Source: Balanoglossus misakiensis (lineage: Eukaryota; Animalia; Hemichordata). From it: DNA of 64,000 nucleotides. The stretch lies in the NCBI GenBank assembly GCA_040954595.2, contig CM082590.2:10132088-10196087 (forward strand). The letters are read 5' to 3'. Shown one piece after another: positions 45,966 through 60,120 of the stretch. Numbering within the stretch: position 1 is the first letter of the stretch; every line of letters starts with the position of its first letter. A program made the translations under genes and the position numbers. The notes under the pieces were generated by a model. It was not told where the DNA came from. It ran no database searches and saw only the letters and a program-made list of their open reading frames with translations.

Positions 45966-48900
45966 TTTTCGACCGAGGGACATTTTTTTTCAAATGACGA
46001 CCACTTTCTTGTGTGAAAAGGGAAACGTTGCTTGAATTCCGACGTGACATTTGACAGAGGGTGAAGACATACGTGATGATGGTCAGAGCCAATCACAGCT
46101 GTCACTGACGTTGAGTGTTCGTTCGGCCAATCAAAGGCTGTCAGACGACGAGTGAACATTGACTGAATTGATCGTCTGAAAATATCGGACATCTCTTTTC
46201 GTCCCTAGATGTCCAACGGACAAATTATTTAAAATAAATGTCACAATGATTGATGTTATTTTGAAGCAAATCCCGATTATTTTATGCGGGTTTTATCTTG
46301 TATAGTTGCCGATGGGTTTAAAAAGTGTGTGTTTGCGTTTGCAGACCAAAATTTTTAGAAGTTCCATCTCTGTGTTGGTTTTTAACAAATCGTTGATTTG
46401 CAGACGATAAGTCAAGTACAACTCGCCCATCAGGACAATGTCCATAATCGGATATTTGCAGGTGTTTAGATTTCATTCCAGCTCAAACAGACACGTCGAA
46501 AAAATATTCAATGACAAAATTTTCGTTGTTCTTGTTTTCAGTAATATTCTTGCCGTTCATGATTTTGTTACTGACCAAGTTAGACCATTTTGTAACAAAA
46601 TTAGAAAAGAAGACAATGTATCAATTTAAGGTCACGTGAACAAGCCTGATTGGTTCAGTTCAAATTCATATGCTAATTAATACCAAATATGGGTGTATAT
46701 ACGTTAGGTATCGAGCATTCGTCCGCGTATACAATAGTACGGGTAGATGTATGAAGATTTTTAACCAACCACTTGGAAAACAATGAACCAAACTTGAAAG
46801 TCATCTTTTAGCTTCTTCATACTTTTATGCAAGTTGTACATTTTAATATGTTGGGAAACTTGTCTTCCGTGACAGTAGTGTATCTGAGCATTCCCCGCCA
46901 AAACCAGCAGACGCTCACTAGACTTTTTTTCTGACTGAGGAAAATGGGCATTTTAGAAAGTATACCGTGTCCGGTCCGAGTGAGAACAATTCTTGTAAAT
47001 AATTTATTTGAGATTTAGAAATTAAAAACGTTCAAATTTTAGAAATCATAATTAAATGTATTTGAATTCTTGGTATTTATTATTTATTTTTCAGTGTGGT
47101 TGTGGTATGTATGGTGTACATTTTTTGCTTTTGCTCTGCTCGTGTTGCAAGTACTAATTTTACTCAGGCGAGAATATTCAATATATTTTCAGCTCTGTGC
47201 TACTGACAGTAAGCGGGAAAAATATGTTGGCGATAGGGTTATTTTGGTCAGAGCGAGACATACCGGTATATGAACTGATTTTTCACAGTATTTTTAAAGA
47301 TCAGAATTTTTTTATCATTTGAGATGGTGACTGAGTAGATCGGGAATTCTCGTTGCAACAAAATGGCGAAAACGATGTGTTGGCACGTTCATCTGACTTG
47401 TACTTGTAGGCGGGTGAGACGATGAGTATGATCTTATGAGTAAAGGAGCTGACTTTCTTAGATGGGTAAATGTAACGCGTATGGGGGGGGGGGGGTTGTT
47501 GCCGACGGCGTCTTACGCACCGTTGGTCTTCGCCTTGAATTCCTGAAGCAGGAGATATTGTTTCGACTGGCAGTTTTGGAAACGATGCATTGTCATTGTA
47601 GCTATGCGTTGTTCACAACGCTTTTAGCAGCCGCTAATGACTCACATAAATAGTGCTAATGACATTGCATTATGCTAATTAGGCCACTAAAAAGGCAATA
47701 AAAAAACCAACAAAATACTTCCCCTACAAACATCACAAATACCGCAATAAAGCGACATTTAAAGCGAACCCAACGCTGTGCATTAGATCGAACGTTATAA
47801 AGATAATCACACGAAGATTTCCTTTCATTCTAAATCACATCTCTCCGTCCTTTTCGCCGGAATCGTGCCTGTTCTTTCAAATCCACGTCGTCAAACACAG
47901 ACGTGATAAATTGAAAAGTTTTCGGGGGCGGCAGTTGTCATTAGGGGAAGGTCTTCTGAAAGATTTCAACCACTGATCAAATTGGTTCCTCGAGTGAAGT
48001 CAAGCTGTGTTGAATTTGCCAGGGTCGTTCACCTGAAGTTTTGTGATTCTCACATCTTTTTAATTAAACAGACGGACACGGTGACAGACTCTAGTCGAAA
48101 TTGAGTTCGACCATGATGGTATTTCGTGACTAATGTAGGCCTACATGTATAGACGTGTGTCAATTTTACGTCCGCATCGATTAAACCATCGACTTTGCAA
48201 TTAAGCCCACCCTTCTATCATATTCGCATTCCAAGCTATCACCACTCATCGATTAAGCCATTTTAGTCAAATTCAGCGCATTTTGCGTTTTGTACGACCG
48301 TGTTTAACGTTAACCAAACGGGGAGGCAAAGTTTACTAAGTCGAAGTATGTTTAACTTGCTCAAAGCCGATTTTTAAGATACACAATTTGCAAAAAAAAC
48401 ACTACGTATGGGCGTTTTAAAGGTCTTTCTCCGAACAGTGTCACGCCATGGTTACCCATTCTAACAATCATGCAATTCAAGTTCTTCATTTCGTAATTTG
48501 TACGGTTCTTGGGCCCTCGATGGCATATCTCCGTTGCCTTATCTTTTTCACCATTCTATGCGCAAAAAAAGTCAACTTCTTGTCCAAAATGATGCATTCT
48601 TGACCAAAATCACCTGAAAATTTAACAAAAATTTCACTTTCTTGGCCAAAAATTGTTGCTCGGTGTGTGTTGGTCGTTCAGCGCGACGCAAGTGGTCGGT
48701 AGCCACTCACGTGACCGCATCACAAGTAGTGGGATCAATTACCTACTAATGGGATTAGCCGCTTGTGTTTGGATTTACCTTTTCAATGTTTATAAATAAT
48801 TGATGTTGACGAGAGCGCTGTGACAGAACGGCTTGCTATTATGATGTTATGATAACGCCGTAATCGCGTTATCAGTGAGTCGCTTCGCAACAACAATCCG

Positions 48901-51540
48901 GCGCTCAACAAAAGACCAAGGGTTCTTTTATAGCCCCGTGCAGTCATTAAGAACGCATCATTACCATTCGGAATCCGCACAGTCTGTTTTCCGCGTCTCG
49001 GCCGTCGAGCCCCCACCCTAGTCGGTCGAAAACGCCGAAGAATCGTCCGTTTAACAACAAATCACGGAACTAGTTCCCATCCCGACTGCTTGTGAAGTTC
49101 TCGCGGGTAGGAGAAACCCCTCCGAGATTGCGAGAAGGATTTCGACCAAGGCCCAAGTGCGGACAACACGTCATTTGTAGAGGAGTTCTTTGATGCCTTC
49201 CCGGGCTTTCACTTGCAAATTAACGAGGCTAATAAAATATAATGCCCGATGATCGGTTACCAGCGCTGTCGGTTGCTTTGTGTGCCGGCTACCTTGTACA
49301 GACAATTACTACACAAGCCCTCTTCGCGGCCAATAAATACTTCAGCCAGCGATTCACTGCATTAGACACCATCTAAACGAAAACAAAACAAGCGACAACT
49401 GTAACAATTTGGCCGATTCCGGGCTACGATTCAACTTCCTTCTAAGATTCGGCTCAGTTTCTTGAGGGAGATGATTTGATCCCCGAGTTACTTCCGAAGG
49501 GGAGGGGGAGAAAGGGTAGTACTCAAATATGAGCCATGACACCAATTTTTCACACTCCCAAGTACTTGCAAGAATCTAGTTTTAATCGTCAATACGCACA
49601 ACAACAAATCTGGGTTATTTTTTCCCGTTTTGATTGTACATAGTTGACTCGATGATGATCGAGATACGCTCGTTTTGTGTGACTGAGTCGAATTCCTGTC
49701 TTCAGGGGTGTGTATTAACTGTAAGTTTGACGAATTCCCGCCCAGAAAGGTGTTTTGTCAGAAATTAAGACGGCATAACATGACTGACATAGACTATCTC
49801 GTCAAATACACTTATATTACCGCCAAAAAAGCGTCCGGAGAACTACCCAGCCGGCAATTATCCTAAATTACGCCGAACTGAACGTAAATGCACCGAAGTA
49901 TAACAACTGAACAAACCCCAAAACGATTCTGAATAGCCTGCAGCTAGACCAAAGCCAATAACCGCTTAATGGCGATAATACAAGGTTTCTCGCTTTTTTT
50001 CAGCCGCCCAAACATTTGTTTTGTGTAGACCAAAGTTATGAGCCCGGGCCGGCGTTTCTGTTTTTTTCTGAAGTTTTCACGATTTTCAAGGAAAGCGTGA
50101 GGATACCTCCGAAGAAAAAGAAGGTTTGGTAGCAATTAAAGTTAGGCATTTAGGGGTCTGCAGTAATAAATTTACCTGAATCGAATGTACGATTTGGTGC
50201 TAAAATAGCTATGCTAAGTATGTATCGCCTTTTAATCACGTTATGCCTTTGAGCACTTTTTGTCGGTTATGGGAATTTCCGCGCAGACGACGCTAAAATT
50301 CTTTCCAAAATAGAGGGCATGGGATCAGAAACATTTTCCGTCCAAAATCTACGGCATGGATTGACTGTAGGCATGGCTTTTTGCAAATTACATGAATTAC
50401 AAAAAAAAAGTTTGGTTTTGTGTTAAACGATGTGAGTAATGAAATCCTATAGGGTACAACGTCTTTACAAACAGATTTTATGACCCTCATTATCGCTTGC
50501 ATCCACATACCGTCCTTTCTCCTCTTTATTGATTTCCGTCGAATTCTTTCTCCAAAATAGAAAAACAAGACACAATTTACTGTCCTGATCGCCCCTGATT
50601 TTAAGGGGTAGGCGTCCCCTCTTTAAACGGTCATACACGACAACATTCTTCGGGGACGAGGGCCCGATGTACGGGATCATGTCTTCGCCTTATTGACTAA
50701 AATTCAATTTAAATAATACATAATTATAGGACATCTCTTTGGACTGCCTTAAACTGGTCCAAAATCACACCAGCGACGATTCGTCAAACTATTTCAACCA
50801 TCATGGCGGCATTTTAACAAACGGCCGAGGTTAAGCAACTAAAATGCTGACAATGATTATTATTGGCTGTTTTTACGAGGGCGCCCACGACACCACAATA
50901 CCCACCCCCGAGGCGACGACCGAATCTTTCACAGTCGGTCGACCGGGGGTCCCGCATGTGTCAAGGACTGGGGTATTTTATAGTCTTTCTGATGGAGGGT
51001 TGAGTCGGGAAAAAAAGGTGTCTATACGCCTGTATGGTCTCTTAACATAACAATAATTATGTCGAAAACGTGATATGCCAAATGGTCTCGGTATATTTCG
51101 GCTTCACTGCAACCAGCATTCGTAAAATGTCGTCTGCGCTATCCATCAGTCTGAACATCAGTACTTTTGGCATCTTTAAAAAGAAGCAGGCGGGTACATC
51201 TATTGTTTTCAAAACTTAGAATAAAGTATACGTTGCCTTAGATTAAAGTACACGTTGCCTCTCTAATGGCTCCATTTTGTGTTCAAATCTTCGCGTATAT
51301 TTACTCAGTACATGGGTGGGGATGTTCGTATTGTTTTGGTTTGCTTGTCTCTCTTTTCAAAACTTTATTAAAGGCAGTGTCTGTGCCCCCCGGGAACAGA
51401 ATGGACCCAGATAGCCTACAGATAACAGTTGGAGAAGTAAAATCGCTCTATATAATCGTTGACCTGGACAAAAGAAGTCAACAGAACACCAAAGTGCTAA
51501 GTCGATGAAATTGATTTGCTAAGCTCGATCAGTTAAATTG

Positions 51541-51543
51541 AGA

Positions 51544-51576
<33 letters not shown>

Positions 51577-51680
51577 GACAAAGACAGACAAGACAGAGAC
51601 AAAGACAGACAGACAAGACAGACAAACCGAGGGGACAGACTGAGACACACACAGACAGAGAAAGACACTAAGAGAGAGAT
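51541..51680. repeat. (GACA)n/(GA)n microsatellite
   Basis: Direct reading. Confidence 0.9.
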
Positions 51681-52361
51681 GGGGAGAGGGGTGTAGCAAG
51701 ATTTCTTGTCAGAGTTGTGTAAAACGTATTTCAAACCCTGGCTGTCTCTTCTGCTAAGAAGTACTAACATCTTTAGAAGGAGGAATACGAGGTGGAATAA
51801 AGGAAGAGGGGATTCTCCTAACCACGTACCCTGGCAAGCACTAATGAACGCAAACGAAAATAAATAGGACTGACTAATTTCCAATATTATTCTGAAATTA
51901 ATGGTGGTGTGTACCTGGAGGAGATGTAGCACTGTTAAACTTTGAAATTTGACGCGAAGTTGTAGAGATAATTGTGAGAAAATCAAAGTTGACAGGATAG
52001 CGGTGTGATGCTCACCTCTCTGTTGGACCGAGAGATGACACCGGTGTCGGGTCTCGATCTTCAGAAGTGGGATATTAATCATTATTATGCAAAACTGATA
52101 AGCTACTTGATTTCTCTGTAGGACAGAGTATAATTTGACGCAATTTTAAAACGCCTTTCAGGGCGTACCGCCAGGCCTTGCCATCTCGGCACTGGAGTCT
52201 AAATTAGCGTCTTATGTCTCAATTTATTCTCAAGATGCACCATCATAATTCTTAAAGACGTCTTTTCCTAATCTTTTAATATGCAGTAAGGGAAGTAGGC
52301 GAGTTAGGGTTGGTATGGCTAGTTAGTCAGTTTACAGTCAAGATTTCAACATGTCTGCTTG

Positions 52362-52510
52362 TGTCTGTATGTCTATGTCTGTCTGTATGTCTGTATGTCT
52401 GTATGTCTGTATGTATGTATGTATGTATGTATGTATGTATGTATGTATGTATGTATGTATCTATGTATCTATGTATCTATGTATCTACTAGTATGTATCT
52501 ATGTGTATAT
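52362..52510. repeat. Compound (TGTC)/(TGTA)n/(TATCTATG)n microsatellite
   Basis: Direct reading. Confidence 0.9.
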
Positions 52511-55500
52511 GAAGGGATAGATGGACAAATGGATCATCTATCCAGCTGTTGTCATCACGCGTATACTTGAGTATTAGATAATGATCAGTAAAGTATATTT
52601 TGCATCATCACTAGTGGACATGGGATAGCAGAGGTTATGTTTGAAAGCAAGTGATTTGTAACGGGTACTTTTCGGAAGTGAAATAAAAAAGTTGACAATG
52701 ACGTAGAACCAATTGATGAACACATTTCGGTGGCAAAATACGAGAGTTGTGATATTTTTCCCGCGGTTGGGATCCACAGAAAAAAACGTGCGAAGTGTTT
52801 CCCGCGGAAACATGTAATCAGAAGGAATCGTTATCGCCGCCTTGATATTACAGGACTTTGCGAATTCGCCAAAACACGCTCCTGGTGGCAGACTGCGCGG
52901 CGCCAGTCATGATCAAACGCCATCCCTTCACTTATTGATAGACTCCTAAGCATCAAAAATTTGCCCCAGTGCTTTCGTCTCAAGCTACCTCGAAAATGAA
53001 ACGTAATAAAACAGAAAAATTTTCAATAAATGGGCTGTCGTTTTCTATTACGTTGAAGCGATAATTATGACGGGGAATTAAGTGGCTAATTTCTGGTGGA
53101 TGTCGTTGGATTGAAACGTAATTGATCCAATTATGTTTTGCGGAGATCGGAGATGAGATCGGAGGTATTAATATAGAATCAAAATTGCTGATTTTCTATA
53201 GACTGTGATTTTTTAACGATATGACAGAGTGACCTCAGTAAGATATCTCATTGAATTTTAAACAAGTTCCAATCGCATTATGATCGTTATTCAAACACAA
53301 TTACAAAGTATTATTATCAAGCAAAATAATACGCCAGTCGGAGAATATTTACGATCCTCTTAAACGTTCCCAGTCAAAGTGCACGTGAGGACAAGACAAT
53401 TATGTTTTTTTACAGTGCCGCCATTTTTTTTATCGGATCGAACTTGCGCAGACGAGACAAGAAGGACGCTCGACTCGATTACGAAAAAAACAGGCAATCA
53501 CAAAATCGTTTACGCGCTATAAAATTTAATTCATCTCAAGTATATGTATAAGGGGCATATAATATCTGTGGTATCACGGTTAGTGTTTTATTACACAATT
53601 ATGTTTTTATTTTGTCATGATTTTGAGAATATTTGAAAATCACTAATAGGATGAAGTAATAGATCCAAACGAAAATGTCTGTCTGTCCTACTTGACCATC
53701 CAACCAACCAACCATTCACCCCTCCTTTCCTCCATCCCTCCATCCATCCATCCAACTAATTACCCACCCACTGCACAACCAACGCATATATGAGATGAAG
53801 ACATTTCGTTCCTCCATCTACCTCACTATTGTGTCTCTGGCCGCCCTTATCTATGTATATGATACCCTTTCCTCATCCTAACTTTCCCTAAACTCCCTGA
53901 CTTCAAACCAAGCCCTACAAACCCAGCTTCTTATGATCCTGACGCATATCAAGCGACCCAGAGTGAACAGAACTCCCACCAAACAACATCAGCTACCACC
54001 CTCGGCTCATTCTCCCGCCTAAAATCAATCTCAATCGTCCAACTGACGCGTAGGATGACAACCAATCATCAAGCAGCCTGCAGACAACTAGGCACAATAA
54101 CAGCAACCGCGTCTGCGCATCTCGGTGACCCGCGGGCGAAGCGTTCCACGCTAAGTGGAACGAAATGGGATATCCGCTTAAAACGAGGAAATCATTTTGA
54201 ACTTGAAACTAACCGCAATACATCATGAAGGGATCATTTCTGTCAAATTAGAAATCTCAACAAAAGGTCTACCTTTAATAACTTTACGTGTCCTACAGCG
54301 GGCGCCTGACTCAGACAAATCGACGAACAATCTAACCAATACAAGTTACAAAATTGTTCCGATGATTGCCGAGATTCAGTCTTTTTAAAACTCTTTCTTT
54401 TATCATTAGAATCATTTTTTATTTTTCCTCAATGTCTTCTCTTGTAAAACGAAAGTGGCAAAGATGAAAATGCTAGTTGGTGCAAAGAAAGAAAACAAAA
54501 TTTAAATAGCCATCAAAGTTCCATGTAGTATCGCTGTCACAAGTTACAGAGAGCAAAAATGCGGCTCACAATATGGAGACAGAAAAAGTTTAGTTTTAAC
54601 AAGAAATTTTGGCCTGAGAACTCCCCAAGGAAAGATCTCACCTAGAAACATAAGGAAATGTCTTCAAGGGTCACGTGATTGCACAGAGACAAGAGGGCCC
54701 GGCGATCGAAATTCAGAAAGACCCAGACGAAATCGAACCGACACAGTTCACTGCTATCGTCCAAGAATTACTTTTTATGTGCCATAAAAACGGGCATCCA
54801 ATTACAGATTGCGGGTAATATATTGCGGTCATTTCAATTTAATATCATAATTTTATTGCCTTATCGCCGTTTAATATGACGATTATAGGACTATTGCTGG
54901 GTATTTAGTACAACCAGCGTGACCGACGTAAAACAAACTCTTCCGTCATCTATAACAACCAGCCTCCTTTTCATTTCCGATTGAGTCTAATTTTTTCAAT
55001 TTTCGTTTAATGGCCGTCGCATCGATGCTTCGGTCACCCGGCTTTTGAAACAAAGATATTACGGCCTCTTAAAACATTGTTATTTACAGAATTAATTAAG
55101 TGTCTGAAATTAAAAGTCATAAAAATCAAATAGATGTGATTTTGATTTCTCTGGTTGTAAATTTATTAGCCTGGGTTATTATGAGGGGTTTTGGAATTTC
55201 TCGATCAAGCGTAGACATGCGCAGTCGGTGACCAGTGACGAGCTTTCCTGCTATACCGCGCATTTTGAGTACAGTTGAATATTTTGATTTTAAAAAAGTA
55301 ATAATCATCAATTATTTACATATGTACTCCAATTTTAGCCATGTCCACGCGCTGTTGTCATAGAAAAACAACTTCAAATCCATTTACTGACATCAAATAA
55401 CGATACAAATAAGACACACGTGACCAAGCTGTAACGAAAGGGGAGGGGGTATTCAAGATGGCCGACACAATGCTGGAACTTTTTTAATTTCTGTTCCATT

Positions 55501-55604
55501 GTAAAAATGCAGGTTATTCTTCAGTTCCACCGGATGCCCTCTTCTTATGTCGTATCACTTTCTTCTTCTTCATTCAAATAGATAATTTTTTTTCCAAATA
55601 TAAA

Positions 55605-55790
55605 TACATACTCATTAAAAATACAATGTAATTTGACATAGTTGTAAATCTCAAAGTTTCTAAGTAAAATTACATACTCATTGCAAATACAATGTAATTT
55701 GACATAGTTGTAAATCTCAAAGTTTCTAAATAATGAAATTACATACCAATTGCAAATCCATTGTAATTTGACACAGATTGTAAATCTTAG
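55605..55790. repeat. Tandem repeat, about 3 copies of a 66-69 bp unit
   Basis: tacatactcatt..aaatacaatgtaatttgacatagttgtaaatctcaaagtttctaa recurs at 55605, 55671 and 55740. Confidence 0.9.
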
Positions 55791-56104
55791 AAAGACAAAA
55801 CAAATTGAAAATCAAATCCTCTTCTTACTTCTTCTTCTCAGTTTTTACTGGGCACACTTTTCTAAAGGTACTATACAACTTTAAATGAACATTTACTTAC
55901 TTTTCTGTTTTCTTGGTCTTGACTGTTCTGTGGAGAGCGAGAAGGCGAGAGGTTGGAGCGAGAGAGAGAGAGGTTTACTCTTAATATATATTAAAATATC
56001 TAAGCTATAGCAGATAGACAGACAGGTGCACAAAAATCAAACAAAAATGCACACAACACCAGCAAAGATACTAAAGTGCATAAAAGATCCATGAGGGTTA
56101 CGAT

Positions 56105-56110
56105 TTTATT
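56105..56110 (-). terminator. Probable HIBADH polyadenylation signal (3' UTR about 1.4 kb)
   Basis: TTTATT on plus is AATAAA on minus; the CA-rich plus sequence at about 56030-56065 gives a GU-rich downstream element. Confidence 0.5.
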
Positions 56111-57514
56111 TTACCATATATACACACACATGCATTTACCAAGCGCACTTCAAAACGCCAAAATTAATTTGAAGAGCGGGGAAAACAAGGGGTCGCCTTG
56201 ATTTAGCTGCGAGTGAAGTTAATCAGAAGTTATATGAGGGCATATATTCTAATTTACACCAATGCTGAATAAGAAACTATTAGTTTTAATTACAACATCA
56301 TTGAGAAGCCACCACCGTAAAATTAAATCAATTCCAATCCATAACGAACCATTAATATGATGACTTCTGGTAAACGGATCCACAATTCTCATCTCTAATA
56401 AACAGAATTATTACACGTTAAATTATAACACACCGCACATCTGTCGCGTTGAGGTTGGATTAAAGGTGCATGAGACCAGGAAACAGCGCCACCAATGCCT
56501 AAATACGTGATGCTTTTGTTCAAAGGGAGACTGACGTCATTCATGATACATGCTGTTTGCTCAATATGATTTTATAGAAGGATTTTTATCTTGGGTACAC
56601 TGATAATGCCAAATTCAAAGTTTCATATAAAATCAAGTTTACCGAACAATAATTTTTCTTATGTTGTGTTCTCCTCCTATGATTTCGTGCAAGTCAGCCA
56701 TTAACAATCACAAAACTAGAAGTGCCCGATAGAGGGCCCACTTGATCGCATGTCACATGAGAAGTCTCCAAGCCAGCTGTACTGAAATTTAGGGTTTTGT
56801 TTTTATGTCTTTTTTCAAAAATATTACTCCACACATAACAAGATATTGACCCACACATTGACATCATGTAGTAACTTTATCATTTTAATAATATGGTTTC
56901 CAACTTCCTTGCAGGGTTGGATGAATAATACACCCATTTTATGCAGACACACTACATAGGTTAAATAATTTGGAAAGAGAAAAAAAATCTGGTTTTACCA
57001 AGAGCAGAAAAAAAAGCTGCACAAGATTAAATAATAAAAAATACTATCATTAAACATTCTCTGTTTACTATGACATGGGTAAAATGTTTGTTCTTTGTAC
57101 ATTAAGATTCTGTCAAACCGTGTTATTTCATTGTTTTCACATACAACACAAATACGAGATTTGACCTCAACATCACCTGAAGATGTTTACTTTGTGCTTT
57201 GTGCATAAATGAAGGCTTTGGTTTCCTGTATACTGAGAAAAATTAGCAAATAGCAATTCTGTTTGTTTGCCTTTAAAACACACCCCACAAAAATAACAAA
57301 ATAAAGGAAGTTTCTCTCCTCCTGTGTATTGATGTATCCAAAAATTACTACCAATTTGCTTTCTACGCGATTAGTACCATTATATTTTCAGTTTGCACGC
57401 ATTATTATTTTTAACTTTATCACCCCATTTCCTTCTTTAGAGGTCCAACTGTACCATAGAAAACAATGGGTTCGGACCAAACTATTATGGTGAAAGGGTT
57501 AAATCCCCATCAGT

Positions 57515-57673
57515 TTATTTCTCGGAGTCTTCCTTGATGAATTGATAGGCCACAGAAAAGTCTTTAAGTCCGTAACCACGGTTACACATCACTCTGTACA
57601 TTTGGTGCGCAAGAGAGCCGAGGGGAGTTGCGGATTTGGTTGCCGTGGCAGCGTCCTGAGCAAGGCCCAAATC
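57515..57673 (-). CDS. HIBADH: 3-hydroxyisobutyrate dehydrogenase, exon 8 (last)
   Basis: CAG acceptor; DLGLAQDAATATKSATPLGSLAHQMYRVMCNRGYGLKDFSVAYQFIKEDSEK*, homologous to the HIBADH C-terminus. Confidence 0.95.
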   Translation of the reverse strand, partial: DLGLAQDAATATKSATPLGSLAHQMYRVMCNRGYGLKDFSVAYQFIKEDSEK

Positions 57674-57753
57674 CTGAAATGTGGAAAAATATGTACGCGT
57701 GCCAATATCAGGATTAACCCTCCATGTTGAGTGTTTGACAGTTTGTGATATTC

Positions 57754-58917
57754 TTAAAGTGGAACGTTGTGATCCGTTTTTGAGCCAATTCTGCGAAATG
57801 CGATTAAAAAGTACTATGAAAAACGTTGGTTTCATTCACTTTCACTTACGCATAACAGAGCTACAGCCAGCCAAAAACTGCGCGAACCCGGAAGTGAGTG
57901 ACGTCAGCAACTGTTGTCCGCTGCCGACGCGTTGGAGCGAGCTTATGCTTATACACGCCTGCACTCACGCGACCGACGACGTTAGCATAGCAACATATTC
58001 TCGGGTAGTAGGCTACAATTTTGAACCAGAGATTCCCTTCTACGACCAAGCGACTGAATTTTACAGAGGACAAAAGTTCATGCAGTTCTGATCTCCGATG
58101 TGTCCCGTTTGTCAAGGCTTACACTTGGTGTGGTTTCAGTGAAACCATAGACCCTAGAGTCTATGGTGAAACAGACAATGCTGCAATTAAACAATACCCT
58201 CCCTCCTTGTCTCTCCCTCGTTGTCACCTTTTCGAACCACTTTTCTTACAAAAATACTTAGTCACCTTTTATGGAGTTGAAAAGAACGCAGGTGCATCGT
58301 CCTGCTTTCCAGGTGTAGTACGTCCGTAGTATAATGGAAGCCAATGCTATAGTTATTGTATGCATGTTTCGTCTCTTGGAATGTATTAAAACTGCCCTTT
58401 TTAGTTGCTTTCATTTGATAACTATGCGATCGTCAATAAATGGAAATTAAACCCAAATACGTGTACCAAAAAAACGTGCAGGAAGGATTTAATACGGTAC
58501 GTTTATTATTATCAGCGGCAGTTAGAACAACTTTGTATAGGCCTTACGGTTTGTTCATAAACGTCGACATGCATGGCATCATGGACATTGCAGGGTCTAT
58601 GTCTGCACGCATCGACAAATACAATACTAGTACACGAAGAGCACTGCCTTTGAAAGAAACTTATCCCCGTCGATTTTCCGAATATGTTTTTAAAATCATG
58701 AACTTGACATTTCGCCATGTCAGATCCGCGCAAAATGTGTCTGTTTATTGGAAATGACACGTCGAACGTGTAAGTTGCTGACGTCACTGTAGTATTTTCA
58801 ACGCGCGTCTACTGCTTGCGCAGGAAGTGAAAGTGAATTAACCCATCGGAACGTTGCCGTTTTTGACACCCGGATTGTACTTTGAAGCCCAAAATTGAGG
58901 GTGTCGTTCCACTTTAA
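57754..58917. mobile_element. Non-autonomous DNA transposon / MITE (about 1.16 kb) with TTAA flanks, in HIBADH intron 7
   Basis: TTAA-AGTGGAACG (57754-57766) and CGTTCCACT-TTAA (58905-58917) are exact reverse complements. Subterminal inverted matches: agtgacgtcagcaact 57897-57912 versus 58773-58788, and attcactttcactt versus aagtgaaagtgaat. Confidence 0.8.
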
Positions 58918-59804
58918 ATGTAAAATGTGACCGCACCGAGTTAGGCCACTATGTCACTGCGGGTCCACTTGCAATTTGCAAAGATGATTATCCAACCGGC
59001 ATATTTGATAGAAAGACATCTTGCAGTGTACGCAAAGACTGTATCGTCTCAGAATTCTTCAAATTTCTGTTCACATTTCTTTGTGAGCATCCTTTTCTTG
59101 TCAGATGCCTTCAATATTATTGTCTTGTATAGAAACAAACACAGCTTGCAAGACAAGTAGTCTGTCATCTACTCTCTCCTCTTCAAGTGCCAAAGCCATG
59201 TGTTGCTTTAAGGACAAGCCAAAGACAGGACATTGCAGAGGGAGGGGTGGGGGTAAGGGAAGGTAAGGGAAGGTAAGGGCTTATCATAAAGCACAGGGAG
59301 TTAGAATGGTAAGGGAAGGACTTAACACATAGTGCAACGAGTGGGGATGGGAAGGGTGCACACAGGCAACATCCAACAAAACTTTATTACTAGTAATATT
59401 TAAACTTGTGGTTTAAAAGTCCTTGTCCAGAGAGAGTTTTCCATGTATGACAAATTTTATTTTTGTTCTGCATGCTTAAGCTACGCTATACCCAAATTCT
59501 TCTTCATTTATTTTTTTTACATTTTGAGAAGACCGTGGGAAAAAGACTCATCTGGTCTGCCCAAATACACAGAGACAATTTTGTTCAGAATATTTATTGG
59601 TGTCTTCTTGCCGCATGATAGATTGACATGTTTCGCCATTTTGATTTCTGAAGCTCTTGCTGCTTAGTTTAAAACTAATGATTTGATTGCTGTTTGTTTA
59701 ATATCACTGCGACAGAACTGTAAAAGTCTGCGACTTGACTCGATTTTTGCGATTGTAAAAATTCTATACATCTGCACTGATATGGTGATTTCAACTGACT
59801 GAAT

Positions 59805-59810
59805 GACAGA

Positions 59811-59846
<36 letters not shown>

Positions 59847-60010
59847 GAAACAAACAAACAAATATATTGACAGGAATATACGAGTTAAGATAATGTGTGA
59901 GGGAGAGTAAATGAAAAGAGGGGGACAGACAACGGGATATAGATAGGGAGACAGCATGACAGACACAAGACAGAGACAGACAGACCGATAGACAGACAGA
60001 CAGACACACA
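59805..60010. repeat. (GATA)n/(GACA)n microsatellite region in HIBADH intron 7
   Basis: Direct reading. Confidence 0.85.
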
Positions 60011-60120
60011 GGCACCTTTGGCACACAATGTCCCCTAAACTCATATCTGACATCAAAGACACGTCCAGTCTTATAACGAGATACTCACAAAAAAATAAAA
60101 CACTGTTCTAATGTTCTCAC

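Noticed and set aside
46087-46655. Paired CCAAT boxes (46089, 46127) and a reverse CCAAT near 46648 suggesting a promoter in the Evx 3' UTR
   Set aside because: No downstream ORF or other support; CCAATCA words are common in such genomes
57681-58757. ORFs of 100-136 aa inside the TTAA-flanked element
   Set aside because: No transposase motifs recognised; the element appears non-autonomous
59240-59280. G-run tract with G-quadruplex potential in HIBADH intron 7
   Set aside because: Short purine-rich tandem repeat (ggtaagggaa)n with no evidence of function
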